A stretch of 64,000 bases of DNA, from contig CAZZLY010000003.1 of NCBI GenBank assembly GCA_964655175.1, positions 18,259-82,258 on the forward strand. Direction: 5' to 3'. The notes below the pieces were generated by a model, which saw only the letters and a list, made by a program, of their open reading frames with translations, made no database searches and was not told the DNA's origin. The number at the start of each line of letters is the position of its first letter. Positions within the stretch are counted from its first letter, which is position 1. A program made the position numbers and the translations under genes. This DNA is from an uncultured bacterium. GTDB lineage: Bacteria; Eisenbacteria; RBG-16-71-46. This document shows positions 52,303-62,040 of the stretch, piece after piece.

Positions 52303-52465
52303 GAAGTCACCTCCGGGAGAGAGACGCGAGGGAGAGAGAGGGAGAGCGGAGTGACTCTCGAAGTTTAGGGACGCGTCGCCGGAAGGGTCAACGCCTATCG
52401 AACTTCGGGAGGTCGCAAAACCATGTTCAGTGGCGCCTTCGTTGCGTCCTGCAATACGGCGGCGC

Positions 52466-54346
52466 TCAGGGCTGAACGTGCGGGCTCTCCACGGGCGTTC
52501 CACGCGTCCCGGTCGCGTCCGACGACGCCCCGAGGTACTGCAGCTGAACCAGACGGCGGTAGAGCCCGCCCTGCGCCATGAGCTCGACGTGCGTGCCGGT
52601 TTCGCGCACCCGTCCGTGGTGCAGCACCACGATGCGATCGACGTCGTGGATGGTGGACAGCCGATGCGCGATCACGAGCGACGTGCGCCCGGCGAGCAGG
52701 CGACGCAGCGCCGACTGGATGAGGCGTTCGGTGTGCGTGTCCACGCTCGAGGTGGCCTCGTCGAGCACGAGCAGTTCGGGGTCGCGCGCCAGCGCCCGGG
52801 CGAACGCCAGCAGCTGCTTCTCGCCCGACGACAGCGTCGCGCCGCGCTCGCGCACCTCGGCCTGCCAGGTGCCGGGCAGGCGTGCGATGAGTGTGTCGGC
52901 GTGCACCTCGGTCGCCGCCGCACGGGCGCGCTCGGGGGTGATGCTCGGGTCGGCGAGGGTGAGGTTGCCCTCGATCGTGCCGCTGAACAGGAACACGTCC
53001 TGCAGCACGAACCCGATGCGACGGCGCAGCGCGGCCGCGTCCCAGTCCGCGAGCGGGCGGCCGTCCACACGGATGACGCCGCGCTGCGGCGTGTAGAAGC
53101 GCAGCAGCAGGCTGGTGATCGTGGTCTTGCCCGAGCCCGTCGCCCCGACGATGGCGAGGCGTTCGCCGGGCGCGAGTGTGAAGCTCACGTCCTCGAGCAC
53201 CCAGTGCTCGCCGACGTAGGCGAACCAGACGCCCTCGAACGAGATGTGGATGCCGCCGCTCGCGGGAGCGGCGGCGGGTGCGGCCGCGGGCACGACCCCC
53301 GCGCGCGGTGTGCCGTGCGCCGGTTCGGGCAGCGCGACGGCCGCGTCGTCGACGGGCGTGTCGAGCAGTTCGAAGATGCGCTCGGCCGAGGCCATGGCCT
53401 GCTGCAGGATGCCGTACTTCTCGGACAGGTCCGACAGAGGGCGGAAGAAGCGCTGCGTGTACTGGATGAACGCCACCAGCGTGCCGAGCGTGATGCCCGT
53501 CCACATGACCTGACGGCCGCCGTACCAGACGATCAGCGCGAGCGCCATGGCGCTCACGAACTCGAGCAGCGGGAAGAACACCGCGTGGTAGCGGTTGGCG
53601 CGCAGGTTGGCGTCGCGGTGCTCGGCGTTGATATGGGCGAACGCATCGTGGTTCCGCGACTCGCGGCCCAGCAACTGCACCGTGCTCATGCCGCCCAGGT
53701 TCTCGTTCATGAACGCGTTCAGGCGCGCCAGGCTGGTGCGCACGTCGCGGAACGCCCGTCGCACCTTGGCGCGGAACGTGAGCGTGGCCAGGATCATGAG
53801 CGGCAGCACCGAGAACGTGACCACGAGCAGCTCGACGTTGAGCCGCGCCATGGTGATCACGATGCCGATCAGGATGAACAGGTCGCCGAACAGCGCGTCG
53901 ATGCCGGCGGTGAACAGTTCGTTGATGACGTCCACGTCGTTCGTCACGCGCGTCATGAGCCGGCCCACCGGCTGCCGGTCGAAGTACGACACGGGCAGCC
54001 GCTGCAGATGGCGGAAGATGCGCGCGCGCAGGTCGCGCATGAGGCTCTGGCCCACGCGCTGCATGATCTGCGTCTGCAGATAGCCCAGGCCGAAGCCCAC
54101 CAGCAGCGCCGACAGGTACGCGAGCGCGATGCGATCGAGCAGCACCGTGTCGCGGTGCCGGATGCCGAGGTCGATCGCCTCCTTGGTGAGCCACGGATAC
54201 AGCAGCTGCACGCCGGCGGCCGCGAGCGTGACGACCATCGCGAGCGCCACCTGCCCGCGGTAGGGCCGCAGGAACGGCAGCAGTCGGCGCACCAGGCGGT
54301 GGTCGTAGGCGCGCGCGGTGCGCTCGTCGCGGTCGTCGTCGCTCAT
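52466..54346 (-). CDS. ABC exporter, fused permease/ATPase subunit (type I exporter half-transporter)
   Basis: Six-TM domain, then Walker A GATGSGKTT, signature LSSGEKQLL and Walker B LLVLDEATS. The start overlaps the upstream ABC stop (ATGA). Confidence 0.9.
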   Translation of the reverse strand: MSDDDRDERTARAYDHRLVRRLLPFLRPYRGQVALAMVVTLAAAGVQLLYPWLTKEAIDLGIRHRDTVLLDRIALAYLSALLVGFGLGYLQTQIMQRVGQSLMRDLRARIFRHLQRLPVSYFDRQPVGRLMTRVTNDVDVINELFTAGIDALFGDLFILIGIVITMARLNVELLVVTFSVLPLMILATLTFRAKVRRAFRDVRTSLARLNAFMNENLGGMSTVQLLGRESRNHDAFAHINAEHRDANLRANRYHAVFFPLLEFVSAMALALIVWYGGRQVMWTGITLGTLVAFIQYTQRFFRPLSDLSEKYGILQQAMASAERIFELLDTPVDDAAVALPEPAHGTPRAGVVPAAAPAAAPASGGIHISFEGVWFAYVGEHWVLEDVSFTLAPGERLAIVGATGSGKTTITSLLLRFYTPQRGVIRVDGRPLADWDAAALRRRIGFVLQDVFLFSGTIEGNLTLADPSITPERARAAATEVHADTLIARLPGTWQAEVRERGATLSSGEKQLLAFARALARDPELLVLDEATSSVDTHTERLIQSALRRLLAGRTSLVIAHRLSTIHDVDRIVVLHHGRVRETGTHVELMAQGGLYRRLVQLQYLGASSDATGTRGTPVESPHVQP

Positions 54347-56223
54347 GAGGCGGCGATCTCCTCTTCGAGGCGCTGCGCACGCGAGAGCGCGGCGTAGTGA
54401 CCGCCCAACGCGAGCAGTTCGTCATGGCGTCCGCGCTCGACGACCTCGCCGTGCTCGAGCACCAGGATGAGGTCGGCGTCGCGCACCGTGCTGACGCGGT
54501 GCGACACGAGGATCGTCGTGCGACGACGCATCTCGCCGCGCAGTTCGCCGAGGATGGCCTCCTCGGTCTGCGTGTCCACGTTCGAGAGGCAGTCGTCGAG
54601 CAGCAGCACGGGCGCGTCGCGCAGCAGGGCGCGGGCGATCGCGGTGCGCTGCTTCTGGCCGCCGGACAGCGTGATGCCGCGCTCGCCCACGCGGGTGTCG
54701 AAGCCGTCGGGGAAGCCGTTCACGTCGCCCGCCAGATGCGCCACGCCCGCCGCGCGCACGACCGCGTCGCGGTCCTCGGTGGCGACGCCGTAGGCGATGT
54801 TGGCGGCGATCGTCTCGGAGAACAGGAACGGCTCCTGCGGCACGCCCGCGATCTGCGCGCGCAGCCACGGCAGGTCGAGCGTGCGCACGTCGCGGCCGTC
54901 CAGGAACACGGTGCCCGGCGGCGGGTCGAACACGCGCGGCAGCAACGTGAGCAGCGTGCTCTTGCCCGATCCCGTGCGGCCCACCAGCGCGACCGTGCCC
55001 CCGGCGGGCACCGAGAACGACAGGTGCCGCAGCGCGGGCGTGGTCGCGCCGGGGTAGGTGAACGTGAGGTCGCGCACCTCGAGTGCGCCGCGCGCCGCCT
55101 CGTCGGGGCGGACGGCGTCCGGAGCGCTGGCGACCGCGGGCACCTCGTCGAGCAGGTCGGTGATGCGGCGGAACGATGCCGAGCCGCGCTGGAAGATGTT
55201 GATGACCCAGCCCAGCGCGATCATGGGCCAGTTGAGCATGGCCAGATAGACCGTGAACGCCACGAACTGTCCCAGCGTGATGTGGCCGCGCACGACCTCG
55301 CGTCCGCCCAGCCAGATCGCGAGCAGCGCACCCACGCCGATCCAGAACGCGAGCGAGGGCTGCAGCACGCCCGAGAGGCGGATGAGGTCGAGGTGCCCGC
55401 GGCGGTAGTCCTCGGACAGGTCGTCGAAGCGCTGCGACTCGCGGCCCTCGGCGCCGAACGCGCGCACCACGCGCAGCCCCGCGAGGTTCTCCTGCACGTG
55501 CGCCGACAGCAGCCCGAGCCGCTGCTGCACCTGCTCGAAGCGGTGATGGATGCGGTCGCCGAACCACCACACCGACAGCGACACGATCGGCAGCGGGAGC
55601 AACGAGAACAGCGTGAGGTGCGGGCTGATGCGCAGCATGAACGCGATCGACAGCACGCCCACCGACAGCGTGTTGACCGCGTACATGATGCCGGGCCCGA
55701 GCATCATGCGGACCGCGGCCATGTCGTTCGTGGCGATGGACATGAGCTCGCCGGTGCGGCGGCGCTGGAACCATTCGAGCGGCTGGCGCTGCAGGTGCGC
55801 GAACAGGTCGTTGCGCAGGTCGAACTCGAGTCGGCGCGAGATGCCGATCACCCAGTGCCGCATCCCGAAGCGGAACAGCCCGGCGAGGATCGCGAGCCCG
55901 AGCACCGCGAGCGCGTAGCGTCCCAGCTTCTCGGCGGTGACGCCGCGGTACAGGTCGTCGATGGCGAGCCGCAGCACCTGCGGCTCCGCGAGCTTGACGA
56001 CGTTGGAGCACACGACGCACGCGATGCCCCACAGCAGGCCGGTCCGATGGCGGGCGGCCGCGCGCAGCAATCGTGCGAGGTGCGGAGCGATACGGGACTC
56101 CTGCCGGGGGCGGCGTCGCGCGCCGCCCCCGCGAGGGTCAGTTCTTCGTGCCGCCGAACGCGCCGGCGAGACGACCGAGGCCCGTCTGCTTCCAGGCCAT
56201 GCCGGCGTAGTAGGTGTTCGCAT
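54343..56223 (-). CDS. ABC exporter, fused permease/ATPase subunit (partner of 52466..54346)
   Basis: Walker A GRTGSGKSTLL, signature LSGGQKQRTAIAR and Walker B LLLDDCLS. The start is uncertain. ATG 56223 would overlap the upstream barrel gene by 86 nt. Downstream of that gene's stop there is a strong AGGAG 6 nt before a non-canonical ATC (56091), and a TTG at 56070. Confidence 0.8.
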   Translation of the reverse strand: MRTPTTPAWPGSRRASVVSPARSAARRTDPRGGGARRRPRQESRIAPHLARLLRAAARHRTGLLWGIACVVCSNVVKLAEPQVLRLAIDDLYRGVTAEKLGRYALAVLGLAILAGLFRFGMRHWVIGISRRLEFDLRNDLFAHLQRQPLEWFQRRRTGELMSIATNDMAAVRMMLGPGIMYAVNTLSVGVLSIAFMLRISPHLTLFSLLPLPIVSLSVWWFGDRIHHRFEQVQQRLGLLSAHVQENLAGLRVVRAFGAEGRESQRFDDLSEDYRRGHLDLIRLSGVLQPSLAFWIGVGALLAIWLGGREVVRGHITLGQFVAFTVYLAMLNWPMIALGWVINIFQRGSASFRRITDLLDEVPAVASAPDAVRPDEAARGALEVRDLTFTYPGATTPALRHLSFSVPAGGTVALVGRTGSGKSTLLTLLPRVFDPPPGTVFLDGRDVRTLDLPWLRAQIAGVPQEPFLFSETIAANIAYGVATEDRDAVVRAAGVAHLAGDVNGFPDGFDTRVGERGITLSGGQKQRTAIARALLRDAPVLLLDDCLSNVDTQTEEAILGELRGEMRRRTTILVSHRVSTVRDADLILVLEHGEVVERGRHDELLALGGHYAALSRAQRLEEEIAAS

Positions 56224-57115
56224 CGAGCGTGTTGCGGCCCGAGAGCGTGAACTGCGCGCCCGCGAACAGGTCCATCTTGTCGTCCACGCGGTAGGTCACG
56301 CGCGAGCCGAGGCTGGCGAAGCGCGTCTCGAGCTCGGTCTCGTTCGCGGGGGCCGGCGTGGGGGCGACGCGGTCGTACGGGCGACCCTGCGCGTTCTGCG
56401 TCTCGCCGTGCCAGCTGCCGCTCACGAGCAGGCTCTTGCCGAGCCACAGGCCCAGCGCCGCGTCGGTCGTCATGAAGTCCGCATAGCGGTCCTCGTCCGT
56501 GCGCGCGCCGATCGTGAGGTAGCGCGTCGTCCAGCCCGCGCCCAGCGAGTAGAGCGCGTGACGGCCCACCGACCCACCGACCGCGAGCGACGCCGACAGG
56601 CTCTGCAGGCCCGCATCGAAGAACGTGTGCGGCTGACCCAGCGTCGCGGGCGCCGAGCCGTACACGGTGCCATCGAGGCCCGTGCCGCCGGTCGTGCCGG
56701 GGAACAGCTGGCGGTTGCCGCCCAGCGGTGCCGTCCAGCCGAGCGACAGGCTCACCGGCATGTTGCCGCGCAGCACCGCGAAGCGCACACCCAGACCCAG
56801 ATCGCCCAGTCCCGTCGAGGTGGCCGAGCCCGCGGTGGTCGGAGCGAAGGTGCGGCTGACCACGGGCACGTCGAGCACGAACGCGGTGCGCTTGTGCCAG
56901 CCGAGTTCGGTGTGCGAACGGAACGTGCGCTGCTCGAACGTGCCGCCGAGCGACGTGCGGGCGTCCGTGGCACCGTAGTACGAGTCGGCGCTCGTCACGC
57001 CGCCGGACAGTTCGGTGTAGGACTCGCCGGGCTTGAGCACGATGGGCGAGGCCCAGGCCGAGGACACGAACGACACGGACGCGAGCGCGAGGACGAGGGT
57101 TCGACGCAGGCTCAT
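56138..57115 (-). CDS. Putative outer-membrane beta-barrel protein
   Basis: Signal peptide MSLRRTLVLALASVSFVSSAWA. The body has alternating Gly/aromatic-rich beta-strand-like segments throughout (GLGVRFAVL, SLSLGWTAP, YSLGAGWTTRY, LVSGSWHGE, YYAGMAWK). The family is not assigned. Confidence 0.55.
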   Translation of the reverse strand: MSLRRTLVLALASVSFVSSAWASPIVLKPGESYTELSGGVTSADSYYGATDARTSLGGTFEQRTFRSHTELGWHKRTAFVLDVPVVSRTFAPTTAGSATSTGLGDLGLGVRFAVLRGNMPVSLSLGWTAPLGGNRQLFPGTTGGTGLDGTVYGSAPATLGQPHTFFDAGLQSLSASLAVGGSVGRHALYSLGAGWTTRYLTIGARTDEDRYADFMTTDAALGLWLGKSLLVSGSWHGETQNAQGRPYDRVAPTPAPANETELETRFASLGSRVTYRVDDKMDLFAGAQFTLSGRNTLDANTYYAGMAWKQTGLGRLAGAFGGTKN

Positions 57116-57361
57116 CGAGCCTCCAGAAGGCTGGAAAAGGGGTACCGATGGGACGGACGGGCGAGACTAGCCGCCGTCCGAAGGGGGCGCAAGCGTCGCG
57201 GCCGCCCCTCGGCGCGCCCGGGGCCGGGCGGTTCGGGCCGCCGTTTCACAGGTGACGCGCGCGAGTCGAAAGGCTAGCCTCGGAGTGGTCGGCCCCGGTA
57301 CCCGCACGAGCCTCGCGCGGGCGGGGGCTCGACGGGCGCTGGCCGCGCGGCGGAGGACCTC

Positions 57362-57631
57362 GTGCACATCGACGACGACGACCTCGTGAACGCGATCGTG
57401 CTGTCCGAGGTGCTGTCCAACGACGACCCGCAGCCCCCGCCGCGACCGCTGCCGCCCTCGTTCCTGTACGACCCGACGAGACCGGCGGCCCCCGCACCCC
57501 AGCCCGCGGTGAGTGCGAACCCCGGCTGCGGCGCGGTCCTGCTCGGCCTCATCGGGGCGATCCTCATGCTGATCGGCGCCGGGACCGCGCTGGTCTGGTT
57601 CTTCACCTGGCTGGGGAGCCTGCTGACGTGA
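57362..57631 (+). CDS. Small tail-anchored membrane protein (hypothetical)
   Basis: GTG start. It has an acidic N-terminus (HIDDDDLVN), a proline-rich linker and a C-terminal TM segment (GAVLLGLIGAILMLIGAGTALVWFFTWLG). Third-codon positions are mostly G/C, as in neighbouring genes. Confidence 0.4.
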   Translation: MHIDDDDLVNAIVLSEVLSNDDPQPPPRPLPPSFLYDPTRPAAPAPQPAVSANPGCGAVLLGLIGAILMLIGAGTALVWFFTWLGSLLT

Positions 57632-57739
57632 GCGCATGACCGCACGTGGCCGTGCGCGCTGCGCGCGTGACGCGGGCCCGATTGGGCTACAGTGCGACGC
57701 GGACCAAGACGGTACGGCGACCACGGAGGGGGAGCGGGG

Positions 57740-58348
57740 ATGAGCGCGACGCACGGACGCCTGGGCCTGCTGATCGCAGGCGGGCGCGGGGTGCGGCTGC
57801 AGGCGGGCGTGCCCAAGGCGCTCGCACCGCTGGGGGAGCGCACGTTGCTCGCGCACGCGCATGCGACGCTCGCCGCCTGCACCGAGCGCGTGCTCGTCGT
57901 CGCGCCGCACGACCTCGCGCTCGGGGCCGAACCGTTCGCGCGCCTGTCCGACCCGCCGGGGGACACGGGCCCGCTCGGGGCACTCGTCGCGGGACTCGCG
58001 GCGGGACCCTTCCACGAGGCGTTCGTGCTGCCCGTGGACCTGCCGGGGGTGACCGAGGCGCATCTGTGCGCGCTCGCGGACCGTCGCGGTGACGCGCCGC
58101 TCGTCGTCGCCGAGGTCGCGGGTCGCCTGCAGCCGTTGGTCGGGGTCTACGCGGCCGCGGCGGTCGCACCGCTGACCACCGCCTGGCGCGACGGCGAACG
58201 GTCGGTGACGCGCGCGGTCCTCGCGGCGGGCGCGACCGCGATCCCGGTCGAGTCCCTGCCCGGATCGCTCGAGGACTGGCTCAACGTGAACACCCCCGAC
58301 GACCTGGTGCGGGCGAGCGCGCGGCACGCGATCGGTGGCGCGCGATGA
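57740..58348 (+). CDS. mobA: Molybdenum cofactor guanylyltransferase-like nucleotidyltransferase (MobA family)
   Basis: ATG 57740 has GGAGGGGGAG upstream. LLIAGGRGVRL...PKALAPL resembles the LAGGxxxRMG NTP-binding loop, and DTGPLGALVAGL and VLPVDLP resemble MobA motifs. Confidence 0.65.
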   Translation: MSATHGRLGLLIAGGRGVRLQAGVPKALAPLGERTLLAHAHATLAACTERVLVVAPHDLALGAEPFARLSDPPGDTGPLGALVAGLAAGPFHEAFVLPVDLPGVTEAHLCALADRRGDAPLVVAEVAGRLQPLVGVYAAAAVAPLTTAWRDGERSVTRAVLAAGATAIPVESLPGSLEDWLNVNTPDDLVRASARHAIGGAR

Positions 58349-59607
58349 GCGTGCACGACCCCGCGCTGCTGCAGCGTGCACATGCGCTCCTCGCGGCGCG
58401 CCACCCCGGCGCGCGCGCCTTCTGGTGGCTCGATCTGGACCTCGTCCGAGCGCGCGCCGCGCATCTGCGCGAGGCCTTCGCGCCGCTCAAGCCGAGAATC
58501 GCCTACGCGCTCAAGGCCAACGGTTTACCGGCGCTTGTTCGCGTGGTGCGCGAGGCCGGACTACACGTGGATGCCGGCTCGCTCGGCGAGCTCGAACTGG
58601 CGCACGCGTGCGGACTCGACGCGACCCGTCGCACGCTCTCGGGCAACGGTCGCACCCCCGAGGAGGCCGACTGGATCGCGCGCCACGGCGTCGAGGCGGT
58701 GAGCGCCGATCACCCCGCGGAACTCGACCTGCTCGAGGCGGCGGCGGCGCGACACGACGCACGCGTGCACGTGGCGTTGCGCGTGAACCCGGGCATCGTC
58801 GCCGGCGGGCATCCGCACCTCGAGACCGGGCACCGCGCCAGCAAGTTCGGCATGAGCCCCGACGAGGCGTTGACCACCTGGGCGACGCGCGCGCGCTGGC
58901 CGCACCTGATCGTGGACGGGGCGCACGTGCACGTGGGCTCCATGGTCACCGAGCCCGAGGCCCTGTGGGCGGCGGCGCGTTCGGCGCTCGATCTGGCGGC
59001 GCGTTCGGCGGCCGCCGGGGCGCCGCTCACGAGCCTCAATCTGGGGGGCGGGTTCGCGGTGGACTACAGCGGCACGGGGGCCTCGCCCGACCTGCGCGCC
59101 CTCGCGCTGGGCATCGCCGCACTGCCGGGCGCCGACCGCGTCCAGTGGTGCTTCGAGCCCGGGCGGTGGCTGGTGGCCGAGGCCGGCATGCTCGTGAGCG
59201 AGGTGCTGTGGGACAAGCGCCGCACCGACCCCGCGGGCACCGCGCGTTTCGTGGTGCTCGCGGCGGGCATGAACGATCTGCTGCGGCCCGCCCTGTACGG
59301 TGCGCGCCATCGCGTCGTCGTGCTCGACCCGCGCGAGGGGCCGCTCACGCTCGCCGACGTCGTGGGCCCGGTGTGCGAATCCGCCGACCGGTTCGTGGCG
59401 GGGGAGGCGTTGCCGCCACTTCGGACCGGCGACTTGGTGGCGCTGTGCGACGCCGGAGCCTATGGCTCGGTCATGTCCTCCAACTACAACGGTCGCAGTC
59501 GTCTGGCCGAGTTGGTGAAAGTGAACGGTGAGGTCGTGTTGGCGCGCGCGCCGGAGTCGAGTGCGGATCGTGTCGCGAGGATCGAGGACGAGGTGCGCCT
59601 CGACTGA
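58345..59607 (+). CDS. lysA: Diaminopimelate decarboxylase (PLP-dependent, fold type III)
   Basis: YALKANG (PLP lysine), HRASKFGM, EPGRWLVAEAG, CESADRF and GAYGSVMSSNYNGR. ATGA overlap with mobA. Confidence 0.8.
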   Translation: MSVHDPALLQRAHALLAARHPGARAFWWLDLDLVRARAAHLREAFAPLKPRIAYALKANGLPALVRVVREAGLHVDAGSLGELELAHACGLDATRRTLSGNGRTPEEADWIARHGVEAVSADHPAELDLLEAAAARHDARVHVALRVNPGIVAGGHPHLETGHRASKFGMSPDEALTTWATRARWPHLIVDGAHVHVGSMVTEPEALWAAARSALDLAARSAAAGAPLTSLNLGGGFAVDYSGTGASPDLRALALGIAALPGADRVQWCFEPGRWLVAEAGMLVSEVLWDKRRTDPAGTARFVVLAAGMNDLLRPALYGARHRVVVLDPREGPLTLADVVGPVCESADRFVAGEALPPLRTGDLVALCDAGAYGSVMSSNYNGRSRLAELVKVNGEVVLARAPESSADRVARIEDEVRLD

Positions 59608-59843
59608 GATGCCGAACCCGCGCGCACCCTCGGGGCATCCCAACGAGCCGGTGCGGTCGCGGTCCGCGGGTCTTGACACCCTCCCATGGAGGCGCGGAGA
59701 CTGCGACGTCCTCCGCTGTTGCCGCGGCGCACCGTGCGCGACCCTCACTCGTCGTGCCGCGCGTCCGCCACTTTGTGAAAGAAGTCGCAAGCCGCGCCGG
59801 GGCATCCGGTGCGCGCCCTCGTCCCGATGAAATGAGGTGCACG

Positions 59844-60596
59844 GTGCTGCAGGTCGTGTGCGTGAAGCAGGTGCCCGACACCGATACGCGCGTCAAGGTG
59901 GCCGCCGACGGCCGCACGCTCGATCCCAACGGTGTCACGCTGGTGCTCAATCCCTATGACGAGTTCGCCGTCGAGCAGGCGATCCAGGTGAAGGAGAAGT
60001 TGGGCGCGGGCGAGGTCGTGGCCGTGTCGCTGGGCAACGCGGGCGTGCAGGCCACGCTGCGCAACGTGCTCGCGATCGGCGCCGACCGCGCGATCCATCT
60101 GAAGAGCGACGTCGCGGCGCCGGATGCGCTGGCCGTCGCCAAGGCGCTCGCCGACGCGGTGCGCGGCCTCGACGCCGGCCTCGTCTGGCTGGGCAAGCAG
60201 GCGGTGGACGACGACGGCGCGCAGGTGGGCCCGATGCTCGCCACGCTGCTCGATCTCCCGTGCGTGAGTGCGGTCGCGTCGTTCACGATCGAGGGCTCGA
60301 CCGCCAAGGTCGAGCGCGAGATCGAGGGCGGTCGCGAGCTGCTCGACGTGCCGCTGCCCGCGGTGTTCACCACCGACAAGGGGCTCAACACGCCGCGCTA
60401 CGCCTCGCTCAAGGGCATCATGGCGGCGAAGAAGAAGACGATCGAGGAGCGCGCCGTCGAACTGGGCGCGCCGAACGTCGAGCGCCTCGCGCTCGAGCTG
60501 CCGCCGCCGCGTGCGGCCGGTCGCATCGTGGGCGAGGGCGTGGGCGCCGTCGCCGAACTCGTGCGCGTGCTGCGTGAGGAGGCCAAGGTCCTATGA
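59844..60596 (+). CDS. etfB: Electron transfer flavoprotein beta subunit
   Basis: (V)[18 protein letters not shown]...[15 protein letters not shown] 59844 has GAGGTG 4-5 nt upstream. ATG 59832 is an alternative start. Confidence 0.85.
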   Translation: MLQVVCVKQVPDTDTRVKVAADGRTLDPNGVTLVLNPYDEFAVEQAIQVKEKLGAGEVVAVSLGNAGVQATLRNVLAIGADRAIHLKSDVAAPDALAVAKALADAVRGLDAGLVWLGKQAVDDDGAQVGPMLATLLDLPCVSAVASFTIEGSTAKVEREIEGGRELLDVPLPAVFTTDKGLNTPRYASLKGIMAAKKKTIEERAVELGAPNVERLALELPPPRAAGRIVGEGVGAVAELVRVLREEAKVL

Positions 60597-61561
60597 GCGT
60601 GCTCGTCGTCGTGGAGATGCGGGACGGCCAGGTCCGTCCGGTGACGCGTGAAGTGCTCGGCGAGGCCAAGCGCCTGGCGGCCGGGCTGGGTGGGTCGGTG
60701 ACCGCGGTCGCGTGCGCCACGGGTGACGCGGGACTCGCGGCGCTCGGCGAGGCCGGTGCGGACACGGTGCTGCTCGCGCAGGACGCCGCGTTCGCGCGCA
60801 CCGACGCGGCCGCGCAGGCGGTCGCGATCGCGGCGGCCGCGCAGGCGTGCGGCGCCAAGGTCGTGCTGTTCGCCGCCACCGCGCAGGGCAAGGACGTCGC
60901 GCCGCGCGTCGCGGCTCGGCTCGGGGTGGGCATGGCCGCCGACTGCACCGCGCTCGACGCGAGCGGTGGTCGCCTGGTGGCGACGCGTCCGGTCATGGCC
61001 GGCAAGGCGTTCGAGAAGCTGGCGTTCCCGCTCGCGCCCGCGGTCGTGACGCTGCGGCCCAAGGTGTTCGCGGCGGCCGCGCCCGAGGCGGGGCGTACCG
61101 CCTCGGTGCAGCCGCTCGCGTTCACGCTCGGTTCGGCGCCGCGCGCCGTGGTCACGGGCACGACCGCGCAGAGCGGCGGCAAGCCCGATCTGACCGAGGC
61201 CGAGATCGTGGTGAGCGGTGGGCGCGGGCTCAAGGGGCCCGAGCACTTCGCGCTCGTCGAGGCGCTCGCGGATGCGGTCGGTGGCACCGTCGGCGCGTCG
61301 CGCGCGGTCGTGGACGCCGGTTGGCGGCCGCACGGCGACCAGGTCGGGCAGACGGGCAAGACGGTCAGCCCCAAGCTCTACATCGCCCTGGGCATCTCGG
61401 GCGCGATCCAGCACGTCGCCGGCATGTCGTCGTCGCGCTGCATCGTCGCCATCAACAAGGATCCCGAGGCGCCCATCTTCAAGTTGGCCGACTACGGGCT
61501 CGTGGGCGATCTGTTCGAGGTCGTGCCCGCGTTCACCGAGGCGGTGCGCAAGCTGCACTGA
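60593..61561 (+). CDS. etfA: Electron transfer flavoprotein alpha subunit
   Basis: C-terminal FAD-binding signature VSGGRGL...[11 protein letters not shown]...[33 protein letters not shown] overlap with etfB. Confidence 0.9.
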   Translation: MSVLVVVEMRDGQVRPVTREVLGEAKRLAAGLGGSVTAVACATGDAGLAALGEAGADTVLLAQDAAFARTDAAAQAVAIAAAAQACGAKVVLFAATAQGKDVAPRVAARLGVGMAADCTALDASGGRLVATRPVMAGKAFEKLAFPLAPAVVTLRPKVFAAAAPEAGRTASVQPLAFTLGSAPRAVVTGTTAQSGGKPDLTEAEIVVSGGRGLKGPEHFALVEALADAVGGTVGASRAVVDAGWRPHGDQVGQTGKTVSPKLYIALGISGAIQHVAGMSSSRCIVAINKDPEAPIFKLADYGLVGDLFEVVPAFTEAVRKLH

Positions 61562-61649
61562 GTCCCAAGTCCCGCAGCGGCTTGACGATGTCTGGGCCTC
61601 GCCTTAGCTTGGCCCGTCACTGGGCGCATGCCGCGCCCGATCATGGAGG

Positions 61650-62015
61650 ATGACGCTCGACATGCTCGAGTACCTGCCGGTCCTGCTGTTCGTGGTCGTC
61701 GGTCTGGGGTTCGGCGCGGTCACCATCGCGGCCTCGTCCCTGATCGTGCCGCGTCGCGTGACGCCCGAGAAGTCGTCGTCCTACGAGTGCGGCGTCGATC
61801 CCGTCGGCGACGCGCGCGGTCGGTTCACCGTCAAGTTCTACATGGTGGCGGTGATGTTCATCCTGTTCGATATCGAGGCGGTGTTCCTGTACCCGTGGGC
61901 GGTCTCGTTCCACTGGCTCGGGCTGTACGGCCTCATCGAGATGGTGCTGTTCATCGTCATCCTGCTCGCCGGCTACCTGTATCTGTTGAAGAAGCGCGCG
62001 CTCGAGTGGGAATGA
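61650..62015 (+). CDS. nuoA: NADH-quinone oxidoreductase subunit A
   Basis: 121 aa with three TM helices. YECG..P.G.AR..F.VKFY..A..F..FD.E..FL.PWA. Confidence 0.9.
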   Translation: MTLDMLEYLPVLLFVVVGLGFGAVTIAASSLIVPRRVTPEKSSSYECGVDPVGDARGRFTVKFYMVAVMFILFDIEAVFLYPWAVSFHWLGLYGLIEMVLFIVILLAGYLYLLKKRALEWE

Positions 62016-62040
62016 CCCGCACACCCCGAGGCCTCCGTCG

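Noticed and set aside
50272-52368. 698-aa + ORF antisense to the MFS and XRE-cupin genes
   Set aside because: Arg/Glu/His-rich shadow frame.
52395-56250. Four 536-676-aa ORFs (52395..54425 -, 52430..54397 +, 54397..56250 +, 54422..56032 -) overlapping the two ABC genes
   Set aside because: None contains Walker or signature motifs, and all are Arg-rich. The 52466..54346 and 54343..56223 frames contain complete ABC exporter architecture.
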